Assembly (NCBI RefSeq): GCF_016127575.1
Contig: NZ_CP066018.1
Span: 2,040,001 to 2,072,000 of the forward strand
Direction of reading: 5' to 3'
Source: Cupriavidus necator
Lineage (GTDB): Bacteria; Pseudomonadota; Gammaproteobacteria; Burkholderiales; Burkholderiaceae
Length of the DNA: 32,000 nt
In this document: piece after piece, positions 8,903 to 17,695 of the stretch
How the letters are laid out: every line of letters begins with the position of its first letter
Position numbering within the stretch: position 1 is the stretch's first letter
Program-made: the position numbers and the translations under genes
Notes under the pieces: generated by a model
Told to the model about the DNA's origin: nothing
The model's input: only the letters and a program-made list of their open reading frames with translations
The model's database searches: none

Positions 8903-10627
8903 CTAAGTATTCGTAGTCGCCAGCACTTCTTCGAGTGACGTGACGCCCTGCCTCACCTTCAGCAGCCCCGCTTCGCGCAACGATAGCACGCCGTCCTTGC
9001 GCGCCTGCTCGGCGATCTGCAATGCCGTTCCATGCGTCAGGATGATCTCCTGCATGGCCTCGGTGATCGGCATGACCTGGTAGATGCCGCAGCGGCCCTT
9101 GTAGCCGGTGCCGTTGCAGCGCTCGCAGCCGACCGGGTGGTAGGCCTGCCAGCTGCCGTCCAGGTCTTGTTCGCGGAAGCCCGCCTCCAGCAGCGCCTCG
9201 CGCGGGATCTCGCCCTCGCGCTTGCAGGTGCACAGCCGCCGCGCCAGCCGCTGCGCGGTGATCATCAGTACGCTCGAGGCAATATTGAAGGCCGCCACGC
9301 CCATGTTCATCAACCGCGTCAGCGTGGTCGGCGCGTCGTTGGTGTGCAGCGTCGACAACACCAGGTGGCCGGTCTGCGCGGCCTTGATCGAGATGTCGGC
9401 GGTTTCCAGGTCGCGGATTTCGCCGACCATGATGATGTCCGGATCCTGCCGCAGGAACGAACGCAGGGCCGCGGCAAAGGTCAGGCCCGCCTTGTCGTTG
9501 ACGTTGACCTGGTTGATGCCGGGCAGCTGGATTTCGGCCGGGTCTTCCGCGGTGGAGATATTGATGTCGCCCTGGTTCAGCAGGTTCAGGAAGGTGTACA
9601 GCGACACCGTCTTGCCGCTGCCGGTGGGGCCGGTCACCAGCACCATGCCATAGGGGCGCTTGATCACGTCCAGCAGCAGCGCCTTCTGCTCGGGCTCATA
9701 GCCGAGCTGGTCGATGTCGAGCTTGTCGGACGAAGATTCCAGGATCCGCATCACGATCTTCTCGCCGAACAGCGTCGGCAGCGTCGACACGCGGAAATCC
9801 ACTGCCCGCTCGACCGTCTCCTTGGCGTCCTTGTCCTTGGGCAGGGCAATCAGCAGCTTCATGCGGCCGTCCTGCGGCACGCGCTTTTCAGAAATATCCA
9901 GGCGCGACAGCACCTTGATGCGGGTGGCGATCTTGTCGCGGATATCCAGCGGTGGGCGCGCGACCTCCTGCAGCACCCCGTCCACGCGGAAGCGGACGCG
10001 GTAGAAAGTCTCGAACGGCTCGAAGTGCAGGTCGGACGCGCCGCGATGGAAGGCCTCGGTCAGCAGCTTCTGCAGGAAGCGCACCACCGGGGCGTCGTCG
10101 ATATTGTCGGCGGTGGTGCGGTTGCGCTGGTTGCCGGCCGCGGCCACCGGATCGTATTCGATCATCTTGCGCTCGGCCTGCACCGGCGAGATGTTCTTCA
10201 GCGTGCCCAGGGCCTCGCCGGCGGAGCGCACGTGCTTCATCAGCTTGTCGTGCTCGACCACCACCGCTTCGACCGGCAGCTTGTACTTTTCCTTGATCGC
10301 ATCCAGCCCGGCCTGGTTGGACGGGTCGGACATCGCCAGCACCAGCCGGTTCTCGCGCCGGCCCAGCGGCAGCAGCCGGTGCGCGTGGAATTCACGGTTG
10401 CCGGCCAGTGCCGGCGGCACCTTGTTCAGGTTGTACTGGGCCAGGTCCAGCAGCGGCAGCTGGTATTTGTCCGCGGCAAACAGCGCCAGGTCGTGCGCGC
10501 TCATGGTGCCGCTGCCGACGATCTCGTCGATCAGCTGCGACTGCTTTTCACGCGCGGCCTGCTCCAGCTGAGCAAGCAGGGCGGGCGCGATACGCCGGCT
10601 CTGGGCCAGGGCAAGACCGAGTGTCAT
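8903..10627 (-). CDS. pilB: Type IV pilus assembly ATPase PilB
   Basis: 574 aa with Walker A VTGPTGSGKT, the Asp and His boxes, and the C-terminal tetracysteine motif (CTCK...CERCNGTGYKGR). Confidence 0.92.
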   Translation of the reverse strand: MTLGLALAQSRRIAPALLAQLEQAAREKQSQLIDEIVGSGTMSAHDLALFAADKYQLPLLDLAQYNLNKVPPALAGNREFHAHRLLPLGRRENRLVLAMSDPSNQAGLDAIKEKYKLPVEAVVVEHDKLMKHVRSAGEALGTLKNISPVQAERKMIEYDPVAAAGNQRNRTTADNIDDAPVVRFLQKLLTEAFHRGASDLHFEPFETFYRVRFRVDGVLQEVARPPLDIRDKIATRIKVLSRLDISEKRVPQDGRMKLLIALPKDKDAKETVERAVDFRVSTLPTLFGEKIVMRILESSSDKLDIDQLGYEPEQKALLLDVIKRPYGMVLVTGPTGSGKTVSLYTFLNLLNQGDINISTAEDPAEIQLPGINQVNVNDKAGLTFAAALRSFLRQDPDIIMVGEIRDLETADISIKAAQTGHLVLSTLHTNDAPTTLTRLMNMGVAAFNIASSVLMITAQRLARRLCTCKREGEIPREALLEAGFREQDLDGSWQAYHPVGCERCNGTGYKGRCGIYQVMPITEAMQEIILTHGTALQIAEQARKDGVLSLREAGLLKVRQGVTSLEEVLATTNT

Positions 10628-11050
10628 GGCAGGTGCGCTGTGCGGTGCGGTTAGGCGGTGGCGGATGCCACGCAGGCGGGGGCGGACGGACCCACGTCCC
10701 CGGATCGGGGCAGTTTGCCGCCGGGGTCACTTTTTGTAAAGCCGGCGCGGGCGCGGTGTTGGCGTTTGCGCGACACGGGCGCAACCCTACTTGCGCGGGG
10801 AAGAAGCGGCGTTTCAGGCAGCTTCCTTGCGCGCGGGACAGGTGCCCTTTTGAGAGGAGTCCCTGTCCCCGCCCATGTTTGCCTTGGCCTTTTCCCAACG
10901 GGAGACGCCACGTCATTTTTGATCCGATATAGAATCAAAAGTGCGTGCATAACACTGCGTGATGCCAATTTGCAGGAAGCCCTTCATGCAGTTCATCAAG
11001 AAGGCGCACAAGCCGCTGCACCTGGCGATCGAGGATGAAGAGAGAAAGGG

Positions 11051-11371
11051 ATGACCATCATGACCGCAGAAGACCTGATGAAGGCCGTCAGCAAGATGCC
11101 CGCGCAGGAGCGCATCAAGTTTTTCACGCCGGTGGGCGAGCAGGCTTTCAAGGACGAGGACTTCTCGCACGAGGAAGTCTTTGGCCACCTCGCGGAAGCA
11201 GATTTCACCGCCGCGGAGGCGGCCGAATACCTCGAAGTTTCAATTGCCACCTTCCGGCGGCTGGTGCGCGACGGCAAGCTCGCGCCCCATGCAGTAGTGG
11301 GTCGTAGCCAGCTGTTTTCCGCGGCCGACCTGGAGGCATTCAAGCGTCAGCGCAAGGCGATCAAGGGATGA
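11051..11371 (+). CDS. Small DNA-binding protein with a C-terminal excisionase/MerR-type helix-turn-helix; N-terminal half unassigned
   Basis: 106-aa ORF. The C-terminal half (FTAAEAAEYLEVSIATFRRLVRDGKLAPHAVVGRSQLFSAADLEAFKRQR) matches the excisionase-family HTH pattern. An alternative start is ATG 11060, which has better SD spacing (AAGGGA). Third-codon positions carry visibly more A/T than in neighbouring genes. Confidence 0.6.
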   Translation: MTIMTAEDLMKAVSKMPAQERIKFFTPVGEQAFKDEDFSHEEVFGHLAEADFTAAEAAEYLEVSIATFRRLVRDGKLAPHAVVGRSQLFSAADLEAFKRQRKAIKG

Positions 11372-11406
11372 GTTGCCGGAGGATCGGGGAGGGGGGGCAG
11401 AAAGAC

Positions 11407-11442
11407 AAAAGGCCGAACCAACTGACGTTGATTCGGCCTTTT
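11407..11442. terminator. Bidirectional rho-independent terminator (HTH gene on +, tRNA-Pro on -)
   Basis: AAAAGGCCGAACCAAC-TGAC-GTTGATTCGGCCTTTT. A near-perfect hairpin flanked by an A-run on the left and a T-run on the right. Confidence 0.75.
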
Positions 11443-11447
11443 AAATC

Positions 11448-11524
11448 TGGTCGGGGTGAGAGGATTCGAACCTCCGGCCTCTACGTCCCGAACGTAGCGC
11501 TCTACCAGGCTAAGCTACACCCCG
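11448..11524 (-). tRNA. tRNA-Pro (anticodon CGG)
   Basis: The reverse complement folds as a cloverleaf: CGGGGTGTAGCTTAGCCTGGTAGAGCGCTACGTTCGGGACGTAGAGGCCGGAGGTTCGAATCCTCTCACCCCGACCA. Acceptor stem CGGGGTG/CACCCCG; anticodon loop TTCGGGA; T-loop GGTTCGAATCC; encoded CCA. Confidence 0.95.
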
Positions 11525-11654
11525 ATTTGGTTTGCTGGCAAACGTCTGACCGTCTGCAGCAAAGAACGTAAGTTTAGCAGCGTTTTTTGGGGAATGGAAG
11601 AGGGCGAGGAAAATCGCCGTTCTGCCCGCTTCCGCTGCCTTCCCCGCGGTTGCG

Positions 11655-12641
11655 TCAGGACTGCCGTTGCAATGAGAACGCGCAGAGCTGGATCAGGGTT
11701 TCCTTCAGTTCCGACGGCGGGAACTGCCGTGCCGCCTGTTCGGCGGCTTCAGCCTCGCGCCGCGCGGCTTCGAAGGTGACGTCCAGCGCGCCACTGGCGT
11801 GGATCGCGGCAAACACGGCATCGAAATGCTCGGTGCCACCTCGCACGATGGCGTCGCGCGCCAACTGGCGCTGTTCGGGCGTGCCGTGTTCCAGCAGGTG
11901 CAGCAGGGGCAGGGTGGGCTTGCCTTCGCGCAGGTCGTCGCCGGCGTTCTTGCCCATCTGCTCGGCGCTGGCAGTGTAGTCCAGCATGTCGTCGATCAGC
12001 TGGAAGGCGGTGCCGATGCGGCGGCCGTATTCAGCCGCGGCTTCTTCCATCTGGGCGTCGGCGCCGGCCAGCACGGCGCCGAGTTGCGCGGCGGCCTCGA
12101 ACAGCTTGGCGGTCTTGTAGCGGATCACCTGCAGGTAGCGCTCGACGGTGACGTCGGGGTCGTGCATGTTCAGCAGCTGCAGGACCTCGCCCTCGGCGAT
12201 CACGTTGGTCGCGTTGGACAGGATCTCCATGATGCGCATGCTGCCGGCATCGACCATCATCTGGAACGCGCGCGAATAGAGGAAGTCGCCCACCAGCACG
12301 CTGGCGGCGTTGCCGAACACGGCATTGGCGGTATCGCGCCCGCGCCGCAGCTCGGACTCGTCGACCACGTCGTCGTGCAGCAGGGTGGCGGTGTGGATGA
12401 ACTCCACCACGGCGGCCAGCTCATGGTGGCGGTTGCCGTCGTAGCCCATCGCGCGCGCTGTCAGCAGCAGGATCACCGGGCGCAGGCGCTTGCCGCCGGC
12501 ACCGATGATGTATTCGCCGATCTGCTCGATCAGGGGGACTTCAGAAGACAGCCGCTGGCGGATAACAGCATCGACCGCGCGCATGTCTGCAGCGACCGGG
12601 GCAAGCAAGGCAGTGGCGGAAGGCTGGGACAAGATGATCAC
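11655..12641 (-). CDS. ispB: Octaprenyl-diphosphate synthase IspB
   Basis: 328 aa with polyprenyl synthase motifs LLHDDVVDE and LIDDMLD. The start is GTG (cac at 12639-12641). Confidence 0.9.
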   Translation of the reverse strand: MIILSQPSATALLAPVAADMRAVDAVIRQRLSSEVPLIEQIGEYIIGAGGKRLRPVILLLTARAMGYDGNRHHELAAVVEFIHTATLLHDDVVDESELRRGRDTANAVFGNAASVLVGDFLYSRAFQMMVDAGSMRIMEILSNATNVIAEGEVLQLLNMHDPDVTVERYLQVIRYKTAKLFEAAAQLGAVLAGADAQMEEAAAEYGRRIGTAFQLIDDMLDYTASAEQMGKNAGDDLREGKPTLPLLHLLEHGTPEQRQLARDAIVRGGTEHFDAVFAAIHASGALDVTFEAARREAEAAEQAARQFPPSELKETLIQLCAFSLQRQS

Positions 12642-12660
12642 CGTTACGCAAAACCGGACG

Positions 12661-12666
12661 ATTATA
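12661..12666 (-). promoter_or_regulatory. Candidate -10 box (TATAAT) for ispB
   Basis: The minus strand reads ...GCATCGCATATAATCGTCCGGTTTTGCGTAACGGTG(start). The -10 is perfect, but the -35 (GTGGAA) is weak and the predicted leader is very short. Confidence 0.35.
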
Positions 12667-12765
12667 TGCGATGCGCGTGGCGTTCCACGTATGGCGCGCT
12701 TCTAAAGATTCGCGCTCAGGGTATGCGCTCAGGGTGTTCGCAAGGCGCGCAACTATAATGCAGCC

Positions 12766-12861
12766 ATGAACAAGCCCGTGCCTCGTCGCCACCTGCGCCG
12801 CACCGCCCTTTGGGTGGCGTTTGCGGCACTGGCGGGATTCCTGCTCGCCGACCTGACCTGA
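12766..12861 (+). CDS. Candidate 31-codon small membrane protein (possibly leaderless)
   Basis: Encodes MNKPVPRRHLRRTALWVAFAALAGFLLADLT: a basic N-terminus followed by one hydrophobic helix, with about 80% GC3. A perfect TATAAT at 12754-12759 ends 6 nt before the ATG. Not in the supplied ORF track because it is too short. Confidence 0.3.
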   Translation: MNKPVPRRHLRRTALWVAFAALAGFLLADLT

Positions 12862-12920
12862 GCCAGGGCGCGGTTGCATTGTGGCGATGCCGCCGCACAC
12901 AGGCTATGTGCCTGTTTTCT

Positions 12921-12949
12921 TTGCCCTTTTCCCGGATCTCATTTATAAT
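12921..12949 (+). promoter_or_regulatory. Candidate sigma-70 promoter for rplU-rpmA (TTGCCC-17 nt-TATAAT)
   Basis: -35 TTGCCC at 12921-12926, 17-nt spacer, -10 TATAAT at 12944-12949. It sits in an AT-enriched patch about 165 nt upstream of rplU. Confidence 0.5.
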
Positions 12950-13114
12950 TCCCGGTTTCCTCCGGTAGCTGCGCTCGCTTTGCGGGTTCTGACCGGCGGG
13001 AGATAACCGGGCCGCATTGAGCCCGCCCAGGCGCCAGGCCGTGCAATTGACCGGCCGCGCAGGGTGCGCCAGTGCCGGCATACGGCGTTTTATTCACATC
13101 CGAGAGGTTCGACA

Positions 13115-13426
13115 ATGTACGCGGTCGTAAAAACCGGCGGCAAGCAATACAAGGTTGCTGCTGGCGAAAAACTGAAAGTAGAACAGATACCGGCAGACAT
13201 TGGCGCAGAAATCACGCTCGACCAGGTGCTCGCAGTGGGCGCCGGCGACCAAATCAAGTTTGGTACGCCGCTGGTTAGCGGGGCTTCCGTCAAGGCTACC
13301 GTTATCTCCCAAGGTCGTCACGACAAAGTGAAGATCTTCAAGATGCGCCGTCGCAAGCACTACCAGAAGCGTCAGGGCCATCGTCAGAATTACACCGAAC
13401 TGCGCATCGAAGCGATCGTTGCCTGA
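13115..13426 (+). CDS. rplU: 50S ribosomal protein L21
   Basis: [23 protein letters not shown]..., 103 aa. GAGAGG SD upstream. Start is the internal Met of ORF 13064..13426. Confidence 0.95.
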   Translation: MYAVVKTGGKQYKVAAGEKLKVEQIPADIGAEITLDQVLAVGAGDQIKFGTPLVSGASVKATVISQGRHDKVKIFKMRRRKHYQKRQGHRQNYTELRIEAIVA

Positions 13427-13465
13427 TCGATCGAGCGTAACCAGGTAAAGCGACAGGAGTAAGAC

Positions 13466-13726
13466 ATGGCACAGAAAAAAGGCGGCGGTTCCACGCGGAA
13501 CGGCCGTGATTCCGAATCGAAGCGTCTGGGCGTGAAGGTGTTTGGTGGCCAGGCCATCAACGCCGGCGGCATCATCATCCGCCAACGCGGTACCCGCGTG
13601 CATGCTGGCGACAACGTCGGCGTGGGCAAGGACCACACGCTCTTTGCCCTGGTGGACGGCCACGTGCAGTTCGCCGTCAAGGGCCCTGCCAAGAAGCAGC
13701 AAGTCAGCGTCGTTCCGGCGGCCTGA
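13466..13726 (+). CDS. rpmA: 50S ribosomal protein L27
   Basis: [29 protein letters not shown]..., 86 aa. AGGAG SD upstream. Confidence 0.95.
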   Translation: MAQKKGGGSTRNGRDSESKRLGVKVFGGQAINAGGIIIRQRGTRVHAGDNVGVGKDHTLFALVDGHVQFAVKGPAKKQQVSVVPAA

Positions 13727-13747
13727 TAACAGCCTTTGCAGGATGAA

Positions 13748-13780
13748 GGCCCCGCAACGCTTGCGGGGCCTTTTCTTTTC
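13748..13780 (+). terminator. Rho-independent terminator/attenuator between rpmA and obgE
   Basis: GGCCCCGCAA-CGCT-TGCGGGGCC followed by TTTTCTTTTC. Confidence 0.7.
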
Positions 13781-13859
13781 TGGCGACAATGTCAGTTCGC
13801 CAGCCCGGTCGGAGGCTTCCAGCCGCTGATCCGCCGATCCATCACGGAAACCCATCATC

Positions 13860-14957
13860 ATGAAGTTCATAGACGAAGCCCGAATCGAAGCCATCGCCGG
13901 CAACGGCGGCAATGGCAGCGCCTCGTTCCGGCGCGAGAAGTTTGTGCCCTTCGGCGGCCCGGATGGTGGCGACGGCGGCCGCGGCGGCAGCGTGTTCGCC
14001 GTGGCGGACCGCAATATCAATACGCTGATCGACTTCCGCTACGCCAGGAAGCACGTTGCCCGCAACGGCGAGAACGGCCGCGGCTCCGACTGCTACGGCG
14101 CGGCGGGTGAGGACATCACGCTGCGCATGCCGGTGGGCACGCTGATCACCGACATGGACACCGGCGAAGTCATCGCCGACCTGACCGAGCACGGCCAGCG
14201 CGTGTGCCTGGCCGAAGGCGGCATGGGCGGCTGGGGCAACCTGCATTTCAAGTCCAGTACCAACCGCGCGCCGCGCCAGCAGGTGGACGGCAAGCCGGGC
14301 GAGCGCCGCATGCTCAAGCTCGAGCTCAAGGTGCTGGCCGACGTCGGCCTGCTGGGCATGCCCAACGCCGGCAAGTCGACCTTTATCTCGCATATCTCCA
14401 ACGCGCGCCCGAAGGTGGCGGACTATCCGTTCACTACCCTGCACCCGAACCTGGGCGTGGTGCGCGTGGACCACGAGCAATCGTTCGTGGTCGCCGACAT
14501 TCCCGGCCTGATCGAAGGCGCCGCCGAAGGCGCGGGCCTGGGTCACCAGTTCCTGCGCCACCTGCAGCGCACCGGCCTGCTGCTGCATATTGTCGACCTG
14601 GCGCCGTTCGACGAGGCAGTCGACCCGGTGGCCGAGGCCAAGGCCATCGTCAACGAGCTGAAGAAGTACGACGAAACCCTGTACGACAAGCCGCGCTGGC
14701 TGGTGCTGAACAAGCTCGACGTGGTTCCCGAGGACGAGCGCGCGGCCCGCGTGAAGGATTTCATCAAGCGCTACAAGTGGAAGGGGCCGGTGTTCCAGAT
14801 TTCGGCGCTGACCGGCGAAGGCTGCCGCGAGCTGATCTACGCGATCAAGGACCACCTGCAGGCGATCAAGGCCGAAGAAGCCGCGGCGCTGGCCGAGCCG
14901 GACATCCGGCTGGACGAGCGCCTGCACAACGTCGACCAGGGGCAGGGCGAGGCATAA
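13860..14957 (+). CDS. obgE: GTPase ObgE/CgtA
   Basis: [28 protein letters not shown]... is the Obg fold; G1 motif GMPNAGKST; 365 aa. Confidence 0.95.
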
Positions 14958-15054
14958 GCCGGGGCCGCCGCTGGCGCCCCACCACAGAAGAATACCCACG
15001 GACAATTCGGGCGCGGCGCCCGCCGCCGGCTGCCCGGGAGACAGGATTCCCGTC

Positions 15055-16173
15055 ATGCAATCGGTCATCGCGCAGGCAAAGCGCATCGTCGTCAAAGTCG
15101 GCTCCAGCCTGGTCACCAACGACGGCAAGGGGCTGGACCACGACGCCATCGCCCGCTGGGCGGCCCAGATCGCCAAGCTGCGCGTGGCCGGCAAGGAAGT
15201 GGTGCTGGTCAGCTCCGGCGCCATCGCCGAAGGCATGCAGCGCCTGGGCTGGGTGCGCCGCCCGAAGGAAATCCATGAGCTGCAGGCCGCCGCCGCCGTC
15301 GGCCAGATGGGCCTGGCGCAGGTCTATGAAAGCCAGTTCGGCCGCTACGGCATCCGCACCGCGCAGGTGCTGCTGACCCACGCCGACCTGGCCGACCGCG
15401 AACGCTACCTCAACGCCCGCTCGACCCTGCTCACGCTGCTGTCCCTGGGCGTGGTGCCGATCATCAACGAGAACGACACCGTGGTCACCGACGAAATCAA
15501 GTTCGGCGACAACGACACGCTGGGCGCGCTGGTGACCAACCTGATCGAAGGCGACGCGCTGGTGATCCTGACCGACCAGCGCGGCCTGTACACCGCCGAC
15601 CCGCGCAAGGACCCGGCCGCGCAGTTCGTGGACGAGGCCCTGGCCGGCACCCCCGAGCTGGAGGCCATGGCCGGCGGCGCCGGCACGTCGATCGGGCGCG
15701 GCGGCATGCTGACCAAGATCCTGGCGGCCAAGCGCGCAGCCAAGTCCGGCGCCCATACCACCATCGCCTCCGGGCGCGAGGCCAACGTGCTGGAGCGCCT
15801 GGCCGCGGGCGAGGCCATCGGCACCCAGCTGCTGGCGCCGACCGGGCGGCTCACGGCGCGCAAGCAATGGATGGCCGACCACCTGCAGCTGCGCGGCCGG
15901 GTCGTGATCGACAACGGCGCGGTCGAGAAGCTCACCAGCGGCGGCAAGTCGCTGTTGCCGATCGGCGTGACGGAAGTGCAGGGCGAGTTCGCCCGCGGCG
16001 AGGTGATCGCGTGCGTCGACGCGCAGGGCAAGGAGGTGGCGCGCGGCATCACCAACTATTCCAGCGCCGAGGCGCGGCTGATCGCGCGCAAGCCCTCATC
16101 CGAGATCGAGTCCGTGCTGGGGCACCTGAACGAGCCCGAACTGATCCATCGCGACAACCTGGTGCTGGTCTGA
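15055..16173 (+). CDS. proB: Glutamate 5-kinase
   Basis: 372 aa with N-terminal [13 protein letters not shown] (amino-acid kinase fold) and a C-terminal PUA-like region. obgE-proB synteny is conserved. Confidence 0.92.
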
Positions 16174-16195
16174 CGGGCGTACAGGCCGGGCGCAA

Positions 16196-16237
16196 ACAAA
16201 AACGGCGGGGCTGCCAGGCAGTCCCGCCGTTTTTTTA
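16196..16237. terminator. Bidirectional rho-independent terminator (proB on +, CNP1-like gene on -)
   Basis: AAAAACGGCGGGGCTGCC-A-GGCAGTCCCGCCGTTTTTTT. A long GC stem flanked by A and T runs, between convergent genes. Confidence 0.8.
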
Positions 16238-16254
16238 TGTCGACGCTGCGTGCT

Positions 16255-16836
16255 TCAGCGCTTGCGCGGCGCTCGCGATTGCAGGTCGCGCACCATGGCG
16301 TCGGCGGTGCCGGCCACGGTACGGCCCTCGCAGAAGAAATCGATCGCCAGCGTGGCGGCATAGGCATTGCGCACGCCAGTCTCCATGCGGTGCCAGGTCT
16401 CGCCGTAGTCGCTGCTGTTGGGCACCCACTCGGTGGCGCCCTTGGGCAGCGTGGCGTAGAGCTTGCGCTCGAACGCATCGCAGCGCAGGCCTTCGAAGGT
16501 CACGTTGCGCGCGCCGCTCTGGCTGGTGGTGACGACCGTGTAGCGCACCACGTTGTCCTTGCCGACCGAGACCGACTTGCCGTCCACCGCGAATGACAGC
16601 GAGCCGGTGCCCGACACCGAGAACGGGATCAGGTTGGCGTCCTGAGGCGGTGCCGGCAGCATCGCCTTGGCCTCATCAAAGGTCTTGGGCGCGAACGGGT
16701 TGAGCCAGGTGCTTTCTTCCTCCGCCATCTCCTTGCCGGTGGTCTTGCAGCCGGCCAGCGCAAGGCTGGCCGCGGCAATCAGCATGCCGGCAGCGGTCAG
16801 GCCGCGGCGGCGGCCCAGGCCGGTGAAACTAGTCAT
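16255..16836 (-). CDS. CNP1-like family lipoprotein (function unknown)
   Basis: Start chosen at the internal Met ([31 protein letters not shown]...), which gives a signal peptide with the lipobox LAGC. The longer 250-aa version would overlap rppH extensively. The C-terminal region is consistent with the CNP1-like family. Confidence 0.7.
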
Positions 16837-17503
16837 CAGTGCTCCGTGAGGTGGAAACCGGCGTTGCCGGTGAATCGTGCTCGGTCGCGTGCGCGGCCTC
16901 GGCATTGCAGTCGGCGTCGGCCTGCTGCGCCTGCTGGGCGCGGCTGAGCGCCTGGCTGCGCGGCCCGCCATGCCGGCCATGCATGCCGTGGGGGCCGTGC
17001 GTGCCATAGGGACTCAGCGGCACACGCGCGTGCCGGTTCAGGAAGCGTGACAACTCCGTCAGCGCCAGCTGGTAGACATCGCGCTTGAACTCGATCACCG
17101 CCTCCAGCGGCACCCAGTAATGACTCCAACGCCAGGCGTCGAATTCAGGGTGCTCGGTGGCACGCAGATGGATATCACAGTCCCTGCCGGCCATGCGCAG
17201 CAGGAACCAGATTTGTTTCTGGCCCTTGTAGTGGCCGCGGATCTCGCGGCGGATGAACTTGTCCGGCACCTCGTAACGCAGCCAGTCGCGCGTGCGACCG
17301 ACGATCCTGACGTGCTCCGGAAGCAGGCCGATTTCCTCATGCAGTTCGCGGTACATGGCCTGTTCAGGCGTTTCGCCGTACTTGATGCCACCTTGCGGGA
17401 ACTGCCAGGAGTGTTCGCCGATTCGCTTGCCCCAGAAAACCTCGTTTCGTGCGTTGAGGAGGATGATGCCGACGTTCGGGCGAAAGCCTTCACGATCGAG
17501 CAT
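16829..17503 (-). CDS. rppH: RNA pyrophosphohydrolase RppH (NUDIX) with C-terminal extension
   Basis: [17 protein letters not shown]...[28 protein letters not shown] contains the Nudix box. 224 aa, including a low-complexity tail of about 65 aa. Confidence 0.9.
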
Positions 17504-17535
17504 GACTGCACCTCGAATCCTTTAGAATTACGCTG

Positions 17536-17541
17536 ATTATA
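17536..17541 (-). promoter_or_regulatory. Candidate -10 box (TATAAT) for rppH
   Basis: The minus strand reads TTCCTTTATAATCAGCGTAATTCTAAAGGATTCGAGGTGCAGTCATG. The -10 is perfect and lies about 35 nt upstream of the rppH ATG. There is no good -35. Confidence 0.35.
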
Positions 17542-17695
17542 AAGGAAGCGCGCAGCCGGGCCCGGACCGGGGGATGCTGGTTTTCCCCGAGCGGAAGGGC
17601 AGTTTCAGGCGCGTGCCCACAATTCAGTGCCGCCGGCCCCCGGATTTTGCCGGGACGGGTTTTCCCGAGCCCGGCGGCCCAGAGAGAAATTACGG

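Noticed and set aside
10628-11050. A direct repeat of the tRNA-Pro 3' end (attL/attR-type) that would delimit an integrated element, and a hidden type IV pilin gene.
   Set aside because: Only a weak partial match was seen (GATCGGGGCA near 10704 versus GGTCGGGGTG). There is no ORF with a pilin-type N-terminus (G/FTLIELMIV). The mobile-element idea is therefore kept only as a low-confidence hypothesis.
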